A stretch of DNA of 64,000 bases from a virus (lineage: Duplodnaviria; Caudoviricetes). Where the stretch lies: IMG/VR virus record IMGVR_UViG_3300037455_001046, positions 7,901 through 71,900 of that record. One strand, 5' to 3'. Under the pieces are notes generated by a model. It saw only the letters and a program-made list of their open reading frames with translations. It was not told the DNA's origin and made no database searches. The position numbers and the translations under genes are program-made. Of this stretch, positions 56,246 to 64,000 are shown piece by piece (the stretch's first letter is position 1; each line of letters begins with the position of its first letter).

Positions 56246-58633
56246 ATGACACAGGCAGAAATCGAAAATATGTTCGGTATAAATCTTATGACTCAAGAAG
56301 AATATGAATCCATTCCAAAGATAAGGGGATGGGTAACGAGGGATAAAGAGGGAACGTGTGTGATTTACAAAGTAAAACCACGGAGATACAACGATGAAAT
56401 GTGGTGTTCAGCTGGCGATGGTTGTATCGTAATTGATTTGGATATATTCAAAGACCTCAAATGGGAAGACGATCCAATCGAAGTAGAACTGATGATCCGA
56501 AAAGTATGAAATGCAACAAGTGTAACACTGAGATGGATGAGCAATATCCGTTTCTCTTCTGCCAAAGATGTGGGGCGAAGTTTCAGCATTTCGGGGCGAC
56601 CAGCTATTGCCTCCTTCTTCTGGATTTGGAAAACGGGCTGATCTATGAGTTCCCATTTGAGAATAAACCAAAGAGGTGGTGGCAGAAAATATGGAGGAAG
56701 AAGAAATGACAAGAGCAGAAGAAGCCGCGATGGAGGCTTACCCAAATGCAAGAGAGTATGGATGTGATACGCCGTATAATCCAGATGAATGTAGACGTGC
56801 TTACATTGACGGCTATAAACAGGCCGAGAAAGACTTGGCGTTGACCACCGAGGATATTAAAATGATTGATGATATTCTTATTAGGATAGATAGAGTTCCC
56901 AATGTGGATATGTCAAGAAAGGAGTTTTATGAAGAAGTCTTACGAAGATTCAAGGAGGATAAGAAATGAGTATGTGTTACGATTGTAAATTTTACGACTG
57001 CGCTTTTCGAAGATACGGTGGAGGGTGTGACGTTGGTCTTCTTGAAGACCCAAAAACTCCAATAGAAAGCAATCCATTCGACTGGGCCTCGTTTCGCAAC
57101 GAGGCGGCGAAGGATATACTCTGCTCTCTCCTGCAAGGCCCTTACACAAGGACTGCTGTCGTAGACGAGTCTGTAAGAATGGCAGACGAACTAATAGAAA
57201 AGTTGAAGGAGGAGAAGAAATGAATGCTCCTGGTAAAATCTACATAAATATCCCGAAGTGTAATGGCGATTTAGACTCTGCGACTTGGGATGATAGGGAG
57301 TATGCCGATTGCGAAAATGTTGAGTACATCCGCAAGGATGCGCTGATGGAGTGGCTGAAAGGAAGAATGGATAGACTTGACGCAGTATCTCAGCTGATTC
57401 CCTCTTCTGCTTTGGCCGGGAAATACGACGGAATGAAAGAAGTAATCGAAAAGATAGAATCGTTATGACCTTTGGAGAATTTAAGAAACTCGAATATCCA
57501 GACCAACTTCCACTTGAGTTGGTTCTTTCGCAAATTATGTATGACGGGCTATTAAGTACAGAGCAAGTAATGTCTGCCTATACTCGCGCCATCGAGAAAG
57601 ACAGGTGGAAACGAAAAATGCGCTTTGAGGAGGCTTGTACCAACCTTACTCAATTGCTGAACGGTCTTTGGCGTGGAAAAGATTTGAAAAAAGCACAACA
57701 ACGGGCAATTCATACTCTCAATATGTCGGAAACACTTCCACATAACATCTATAATGATATGTATGATTACACAGAAGAAACCAAGAAAGAATGGGACGAG
57801 TTCTGCGAAATGATTTATGGCAAGGAGATACAGTTATGACCGACAAAGAAAAAATCCGCGCCGAGATCGAGCGGCGATATGCCGAATATAAAACTGGATA
57901 TGAACTTACCGGTAGTAGTTATTGCGACGGTGCTATGGACGCTCTTGACGATCTCGAGCAATTCATCGACTCCCTGCCGGAAGAAAAGAAAAATCCCCTC
58001 TTCGAGAAATGCCTTGCCGAGGTTGACCCCGAAGTGAAAAAGGAAGTCAACGAAAATGTAGACGAAATGCTGAAAGCCCCCAATCCCGAAGAGGCGATGA
58101 AAATTCTCGACGAGAAAATCGCCAAGGCGTCGGAGGATTGGAAAGGGGTTAATGCAAACGAGTATATGGAGAAGGTAAGATGTGGAGCAGACTGCGATTG
58201 CAAATATGTTGGTTGTCACATCAATGCCGAGAGAAGATGGTGTCATTTTCTTGAAAACGAGATTCCATATGATAGATGTGGCGTCATTTGCAGAAAATAT
58301 GAAAAGAAATGCAAAGAATCTTTAACTATCCCAGAAATATGTAAAGAAAATGGCGATTCCTTTACATATCCGGGGTTGGAGGAGGCGGCAGAAAATGGAG
58401 CAACCAAGTATTATGCGGATGGTGGTTACGGGCCATTCCCGAACACCGAAAAAGCGGCATTTACGGCTGGCTTCATCGCTGGAGTGGAGTGGCTGAAAAG
58501 GAAGATGATGGAGGAGGCCGTGGAAACTTGTGTCGATGATTTGAATGGTGACATCTACAATCGCTGTATCGAAAGGGGGTTGACCGGTGAGGACAAAGTG
58601 AAACTAATAATCCTGAAAGATGGTGAAAGTTAA
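56246..58633 (+). other. Low-GC block of seven overlapping small hypothetical CDSs
   Basis: ORFs 56246-56509, 56506-56709, 56706-56969, 56966-57223, 57220-57468, 57465-57839 and 57836-58633, chained by ATGA overlaps. Confidence 0.7.
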
Positions 58634-59702
58634 AGAATTTATCGAAGCTCTCCAGGGGCTGGATCAGGAGGCAAATATCTGGTTGATGTACGACCCTCCG
58701 TTTGCCTGTACGAAGCCCAAGGTGACGCATCTCGTCGGAGCCGATGAGGTGTATGCGAATATGTACGCAGATGATGGTGTCAGCGCCGGAGACTATGCAA
58801 TAATCTGTTGGTAATGCCCCGCAAGAAGAAAACCAATGACGAGCCGATGCCCTCGCTCAAGGAGCAGGTGGAGCGGTACATCTTCGAGGGGATCTCGGAG
58901 TTCGAGCAGGTGTCCGGCCTGAAGGTCGAGCGCGTCGAGATCAAGCACCACCGCGCCATCGGATTCGGGGCGAAGCCCGTCATGGAAGTGAACATAATAA
59001 CTGAATAGATATGGCAGAAATCGTAGTATTCAACCGGATCAGCAATCCGAGGGAGAGGCCGAGGACCAATTCCCCCTCCCTGTATTTTTCCTCCACGAAC
59101 GGCGTGGTGTACATCTCCACGAAGGCGACGCAGCTCCTGGGCCTCGAGGCCGGCGACAAGGTGGAGATCGTATGCGCCAAGCCGGCCGGAGGACTCCGCA
59201 TCGGCGTCCGCAAGACGGACAGCATCAACGGGTTCGAGGTGCATCCCAAGAGGACGGGGATGTGCTTCTCCTCCGCAAGCCTCGTCAGCCAGATGCTGAC
59301 AATGCTCGGCAGTGTCAGGAGCCGCACCATCCAGCTGGAGGAAACGCCGTCGAACGGAATTTATTGGTCGGAACGCTCAAGTATAGACAGACGGACATGG
59401 GCGCGATAAGATATTTCGAGAAATATCTCGACAACCTTGAGCAGTGGCTTGTGTCGAAATACCCTACCACGATTGTCCGAGACAGGTACGACGGGGTCTA
59501 TAGCTGCGCCCCTTGGCTCGCCTTTATCGAGTTGCCGGGAACGGTCCCGCCCGAGATATTCGGCGATGATGACGAGTGCGCCCATTACTTCTCCAACGAG
59601 AGATTTTTATTTGAAATCATCGGCCGCGGGACTACGCCGCAGGGCGCGCTCGAGGTTCTTGAGCGGGAGGTAAGGGCAACGCTTAAAAAGTACGGCAGAT
59701 GA
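58620..59702 (+). other. Four coupled small hypothetical CDSs
   Basis: ORFs 58620-58814, 58814-59008, 59011-59409 and 59397-59702. Confidence 0.6.
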
Positions 59703-60388
59703 TCCACATCATAATCCCCTGCTACAACATGAGGCGCTACGTTGCCGAGACCATCGCCTCGGTGAAGGCGCAGACCGCAGACGGCTGGGAATGCATCATC
59801 GTTGATGACGGCAGCGGCGACGGCAGCGGCCAGCTCGTCCGCAGCCTGACCGCCGGCGACGACCGTTTCATCGTGATCGGCTGGAAGCGGAACAGGGGCG
59901 TTGCCGCAGCGCGTAACTCCGCTATCCATACCATAGAAGGAGATGAGGGATACGTCCTGCCGCTGGATGCCGACGACCGCCTGCTGCCCCACGCCATAGA
60001 GACCTTCGCCAAGACCTGGGAGGCGCATCCCGACGCCTCACTCCTCGTTCCGCAGATCATCCGCTTCGACCCTCAGGGGCATCGCCAGGTGCAGGAAAGG
60101 GTCTGGAACGGCTACGAAGACCTGAAAGAGCGCTGCACCCCAACGAACTCCTCCTGCTTCAAGTTGAAAGACTTCTACCGCGTGGGCGGATATCGCTCTT
60201 GGTCGATGTATGAGGACTGGGAGTTCTGGCTCCGCCTCCTCTACCACAACGACCGCGTGGTGAACATCAACGAGCCGCTGGTCGAATACCGCATCCACGG
60301 CGACTCACGCTGGCACAAGGCCGTGCGGAACCACGACTGGGAGGTCAGCCAGATAAAACGTATGAACCCTCAAATCTTCAAGAAATGA
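59699..60388 (+). CDS. Glycosyltransferase family 2
   Basis: IIIPCYN, CIIVDDGSGD, NRGVAAARN, PLDADD (DxD) and EDWEFW. Confidence 0.9.
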   Translation: MIHIIIPCYNMRRYVAETIASVKAQTADGWECIIVDDGSGDGSGQLVRSLTAGDDRFIVIGWKRNRGVAAARNSAIHTIEGDEGYVLPLDADDRLLPHAIETFAKTWEAHPDASLLVPQIIRFDPQGHRQVQERVWNGYEDLKERCTPTNSSCFKLKDFYRVGGYRSWSMYEDWEFWLRLLYHNDRVVNINEPLVEYRIHGDSRWHKAVRNHDWEVSQIKRMNPQIFKK

Positions 60389-61143
60389 ACCTCGACAAAG
60401 AAATCCTCGTCGTGATTCCCTACCTCGCAAAGGGGGCGCAGGGGAATGAGCTGGAGCTCGCCGTCACCGGCTGGCGGCTGTTCTTCAAAGAGCCGTACCA
60501 CATCGTGGTGGTGGGAGACTACCACCACATCGTCGAGACCGGCGGCGACATCTCCTTCATCGAATGTCCGCAGATCGCGCCCATTGAGGGGCAGTATCTG
60601 CCGCACCTGGATCATGTGAACAAGTTCAGCGCCGTCATGAGCCAGATCTTCGGCTTCCATGGCTTTGTCTACACCTGCGATGATATCTACCCCACGGCGG
60701 ACTTCGACATCTGGGACATCATCCGGCCAAAGGAGCCCGTCCGCGGCTTCGACTTCGAGGTCTCGGACATAAAGGGCAAGAAGCCGGACTGGTACACCGA
60801 CAAGATGAAGACCGGGGAGCTCTGCGACCACCTCGGCATTCCCCGCAGGAACTGGGTGTGCCACCTTCCAGTGTACTACTATTGGGACAGGTGGTGGTGT
60901 TTCTGCAAGAGATTAGATATGGCCAACAAGAGCTATATCATGGAGAACATCTACTTCAACATTGAGTACAGGAACCCACACGCCGTGAGCGAGCGCCTGT
61001 ACCACGATGAGGTGACGACATCCGTGCCGGACATCCGGCCGCTGGGGAGCGTGAAGTGGGTGAGCAACGCGAACTCCGGCTGGAGTCCGCGCCTGGAGCA
61101 GATGCTCCGCGACTATTACAAGGCTTGTAAAGGCAAGCGATAA
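60385..61143 (+). CDS. Second glycosyltransferase-like protein (GT-A fold)
   Basis: ILVVIPY...ELELAV...HIVVVGD and FVYTCDDIY (DxD-like). Confidence 0.6.
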   Translation: MNLDKEILVVIPYLAKGAQGNELELAVTGWRLFFKEPYHIVVVGDYHHIVETGGDISFIECPQIAPIEGQYLPHLDHVNKFSAVMSQIFGFHGFVYTCDDIYPTADFDIWDIIRPKEPVRGFDFEVSDIKGKKPDWYTDKMKTGELCDHLGIPRRNWVCHLPVYYYWDRWWCFCKRLDMANKSYIMENIYFNIEYRNPHAVSERLYHDEVTTSVPDIRPLGSVKWVSNANSGWSPRLEQMLRDYYKACKGKR

Positions 61144-61210
61144 AAGTTTCCACACCTAAAGTCCCCGTAAAGGAGCGGGGAGGGTTGACAGTTTAGTTTT
61201 TTGTTGTGAT

Positions 61211-61240
61211 CCCCGGCGGAGAAATCCGCCGGGGTTTTTT
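61211..61240 (+). terminator. Intrinsic terminator ending the early/middle region
   Basis: CCCCGGCGGA-GAAA-TCCGCCGGGG followed by TTTTTT. Confidence 0.85.
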
Positions 61241-61244
61241 CGTT

Positions 61245-61292
61245 TTGGGAAAGATAGACCGAACAAGCGGGCGGGTACTCCTATATTCGCAA
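61245..61292 (+). promoter_or_regulatory. Late-promoter element copy 4 (tail ring operon)
   Basis: TTGGGAAAGATAGACC (61245-61260); TATATTCG ends 29 nt after the motif. Confidence 0.75.
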
Positions 61293-61313
61293 GTACACTT
61301 ACTTGAGCGGACT

Positions 61314-61772
61314 ATGTACTACACGATCAACAATACGGCACTCCGGGCGCTCGTCGAAGAGGAGGTGTCCCACATCGCGGACGCGGCCTACGGCGAGGAC
61401 GGAACGCCCCTGTACGACTCCGTGGCGATCACCAGCAAGGACTGGGACGCGGTCGACGGCTACCTTGAGGACGCCGCCGGCCTCCTCGTCCGCAGGAACG
61501 ACGACATCGCGCGCCACGCCCCGCTTGTGGTCACGGCCGACGAGGTCACCACCACCACGCCGCGCATCCTGTTCAACGTGCCGGACATGGCCTCGTCGCA
61601 GGAGCCGTTCGTGCAGGCGGAATGCGACCGCTACATGGCGGTGTACGCCGCCTGCGCCCTGATGCAGAGCCGCCGCCCGACCGTGGTGCCGGAGCTGACC
61701 AGCCGCATCCAGAACGCGCTGGACGACGTGAAGTCTATGCTTAGAAAACGGGAAGACCCGTCGAGGACATAA
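61314..61772 (+). CDS. Tail ring/adaptor-like paralogue 1
   Basis: 152 aa with the same helix-beta-helix layout as the following genes. Confidence 0.55.
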   Translation: MYYTINNTALRALVEEEVSHIADAAYGEDGTPLYDSVAITSKDWDAVDGYLEDAAGLLVRRNDDIARHAPLVVTADEVTTTTPRILFNVPDMASSQEPFVQAECDRYMAVYAACALMQSRRPTVVPELTSRIQNALDDVKSMLRKREDPSRT

Positions 61773-62248
61773 TGGAGACCGTAACGATAAACATCACAAG
61801 GGCGAGCGTCCTGGCCGACATGAAGGTGAAATCCCACGCGGAGGTCGCCTCCACGGAGGACGACAAGGCCCGCTACCTGTCCGAGCTGGGCACGGAGAAG
61901 ACCCAGGAGGCGAACCAGTGCATTAACGACGCCGCGGCGGAGGTGGTGTCGGTCCTTCGGCCTTTCGCCGCCACGGTGACGGGCACGGAGACGGCCGGCG
62001 ACGCCTACGACACCACGGCCACGATCGCCTTCACGCTCTCCGTGACCGCAAGGAAATCCCCCGGCATGGCGAAGGCTCTCGCGAACCTCATCCACCCGTA
62101 CATCGTGGACTCCGCCCTCGACAAGTTCTACGTCGCGGTGTCGCGCCCCGACCTGGCGGAACGTCACCGCGCGAGGCTGGCCTCGGAGATAGCGGCCATC
62201 CAGGGAATACTCTACCGCCGCCAGGCACCCACATACGCCACATCATGA
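61772..62248 (+). CDS. Tail ring/adaptor-like paralogue 2
   Basis: TVTINI...DMKVKSH...LIHPYIVDSALDKFY. Confidence 0.6.
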   Translation: METVTINITRASVLADMKVKSHAEVASTEDDKARYLSELGTEKTQEANQCINDAAAEVVSVLRPFAATVTGTETAGDAYDTTATIAFTLSVTARKSPGMAKALANLIHPYIVDSALDKFYVAVSRPDLAERHRARLASEIAAIQGILYRRQAPTYATS

Positions 62249-62721
62249 AGACCCGCACCATAACCATCCCGAAGAAGGATGTCTTCTTCGACGTAGACGC
62301 CGCCACGCACGTCTTCTCCGTGGCGTCGGGGCAGAACCCCCAGCGCTCGGACGCGCTGGAGTCCGACACCCTCGACCCCACGAACCTGTCGATGATAACG
62401 CGCTACGCCGACCGCGCCGTGGCGAAGCTCCGCGAGGCGATCTCGCGCTTCCTGACGAGCGAGACGGCGACGGCGGCCGAGGTCGCCCTGTCGTCCGCCA
62501 CGGACTACGAATTCTCCCTGTCGGTGGAGGATGCCTTCCAGGACGAGCTCCTCGCCCCGCTGGCCTTGGCGATGGAGTCGTATGTGGCGCACTGCGCGAT
62601 AGCGGACTGGTACCGCGCCGCCGGCGACGCCCAGGCCGCAGCCTACGTCCAGGCCACGGACGGCGACGTCATCCGCATCAAGAACTATCTCGTCAACCGC
62701 AAATTCCCCGCCCGCTCATGA
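62245..62721 (+). CDS. Tail ring/adaptor-like paralogue 3
   Basis: TITIPKKDVFFDVD...MESYVAHCAIADWY. Confidence 0.6.
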   Translation: MKTRTITIPKKDVFFDVDAATHVFSVASGQNPQRSDALESDTLDPTNLSMITRYADRAVAKLREAISRFLTSETATAAEVALSSATDYEFSLSVEDAFQDELLAPLALAMESYVAHCAIADWYRAAGDAQAAAYVQATDGDVIRIKNYLVNRKFPARS

Positions 62722-63194
62722 TAACGATCACCATAAAGACGGCGTCACTTCTCAGCGAGCTGAAGGTGAAGTCCTATATGAACACCCTGCGGGTCGTGAA
62801 CCCCGACGACCGCTACGCCGTGCGCGCCGGCGAGGAGAACGAGAGCGAGCTCAAGCAGGCCATACAGGACGCGTGGCGCGAGGCCATCGCCCTGTGCCGC
62901 CGTTTCCTCGATCCCACGGACGACACCACGGGCACGGACGCCACCGTGACCACGCTGACCACGACCGACCAGACCCTGACCTTCGACGTGTCCGTGCGCC
63001 GCTCCTCGAACTTCGGGGCGACCCTGGCGGAGGCCATCCACGAATTCCTCGTCGCAGGGTCGCTGCGCCGCTTCTACACCAGCGCCGCGGAGGGGCCTCT
63101 CGTCCAGGCATACGCCGCCGGCGAGAACGCCGCCCGCGACCGCATCGTGCGCCTCCTGCACACCAAGACCGAACCCATCTACGACGAATCATAG
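62718..63194 (+). CDS. Tail ring/adaptor-like paralogue 4
   Basis: TITIKT...ELKVKSY...AIHEFLVAGSLRRFY. Confidence 0.6.
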   Translation: MITITIKTASLLSELKVKSYMNTLRVVNPDDRYAVRAGEENESELKQAIQDAWREAIALCRRFLDPTDDTTGTDATVTTLTTTDQTLTFDVSVRRSSNFGATLAEAIHEFLVAGSLRRFYTSAAEGPLVQAYAAGENAARDRIVRLLHTKTEPIYDES

Positions 63195-63198
63195 CCAT

Positions 63199-63684
63199 AT
63201 GGACACAAGATACACCAAGACCCGGACGGTGACCGTCAAGAAGAAGGACGTATACTTCGACATAGACTACCTGTCGTGGTACTACGCCCACACCTCCGCC
63301 GGCGACGACGCCGTGAAAGGCGACGCCATCTCCACGGAGACGGACAGGCCGGGGGGCAGGCGCATCGTTAAGCGCCTCTGCGACCGCAAGGCCAGCGACC
63401 TGAAGACGGAGCTGGAGAAATTCCTCGACGTGACGACCGTGACGAGCGCCGACGACACCTACGCCGATGCGAACTGGGTGTTCAACGTCCGCATCACCAC
63501 CGAGGCCGAGGACAACATCTTCCCCACGCTGGCGGACTACTTCCACCACTACATCGTGGACGGCGCGCTCGCCGCCTACTATGCCGAGATCGGCGTCCAG
63601 GGCAACCGCGAGTCGCTCCAGAAGAACTGCGCCGACTACATAGAGAACATCAGGAGACTCGTTTTCCACAGACCGCAGCCGTAG
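63199..63684 (+). CDS. Tail ring/adaptor-like paralogue 5
   Basis: TVTVKKKDVYFDID...YFHHYIVDGALAAYY. Confidence 0.6.
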   Translation: MDTRYTKTRTVTVKKKDVYFDIDYLSWYYAHTSAGDDAVKGDAISTETDRPGGRRIVKRLCDRKASDLKTELEKFLDVTTVTSADDTYADANWVFNVRITTEAEDNIFPTLADYFHHYIVDGALAAYYAEIGVQGNRESLQKNCADYIENIRRLVFHRPQP

Positions 63685-63686
63685 AG

Positions 63687-64000
63687 ATGAACATCACATT
63701 GAACACTACAAACATATTCAACGAGATGCGCCTGAAGTCGCACCTCGAGGTGCAGGACATCAAGGACCCGGAGGCCCGCGACAACGCCCGCGCCGGCATC
63801 ACGAAGACCGACGAGATCAACCGCTGCATCCTCGACGCCCTCGGCCAGCTGGAGCGCCGCTGCCTTCGCTTCCTCACCGAGACCATCGTCCAGGATGCCA
63901 GCGACGCCGGGAGCCTGCCGAACTCCTATGTCTTCGACCTCAACCTGTCGGAGCGCAGGGCGGCGAACAAGATCCCCGCGCTGACCGCCGTGATGCACGA
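63687..64000 (+). CDS. Tail ring/adaptor-like paralogue 6 (3'-truncated)
   Basis: MNITLNTTNIFNEMRLKSH...; open to the window end, so absent from the ORF track. Confidence 0.6.
   Translation, partial: MNITLNTTNIFNEMRLKSHLEVQDIKDPEARDNARAGITKTDEINRCILDALGQLERRCLRFLTETIVQDASDAGSLPNSYVFDLNLSERRAANKIPALTAVMH

Noticed and set aside
47289-61143. Coupled methylation-oxidation-glycosylation DNA hypermodification pathway
   Set aside because: No TET/JBP, hydroxymethylase or nucleotide kinase gene recognised; the MTase and GTs are about 9 kb apart.
1-64000. Alternative genetic code (TAG/TGA recoding)
   Set aside because: Core genes are intact under the standard code, and TAG, TGA and TAA all terminate genes at coupled junctions; fragmentation is confined to the MTase locus.

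Overview
This window is most of the genome of a temperate, podovirus-like dsDNA phage of a high-GC Bacteroidales host. The host is inferred from TAnnTTTG/TTTG promoters, a T7-type amidase followed by a typical Bacteroidales lysis gene, and BspA-LRR/BACON-like fibre proteins. The genome is cut inside its late region. Gene order: a 5'-truncated giant polyvalent/ejection protein (>3,545 aa), tail and fibre genes, lysis genes, portal, an inverted terminase operon containing a rhomboid-like protease, scaffold and major capsid protein (with an unexpected signal peptide), more fibre genes, a Gly/Cys-rich accessory cassette, integrase with an intact attP, repressor and face-to-face promoter switch, early genes, recombination/replication genes with an iteron origin, a low-GC accessory block, two glycosyltransferases, and six tandem paralogous tail-ring-like genes running off the right end. 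The standout is a C5 DNA methyltransferase split into an N-terminal catalytic ORF (47289-47990) and a C-terminal motif IX-X piece (50529-50807). About 17 separately encoded TRD-like mini-ORFs lie between them, chained by a recurrent (T/G)ATGA junction, and they carry 12 poly-G/C tracts of 8-11 nt, 7 of them currently out of frame. This suggests a phase-variable, combinatorial methylation-specificity array. Other highlights are a perfect 16-bp element in front of four late operons and a possible rhomboid/capsid-leader processing pair. All annotations come from motif recognition by eye; no database searches were run.
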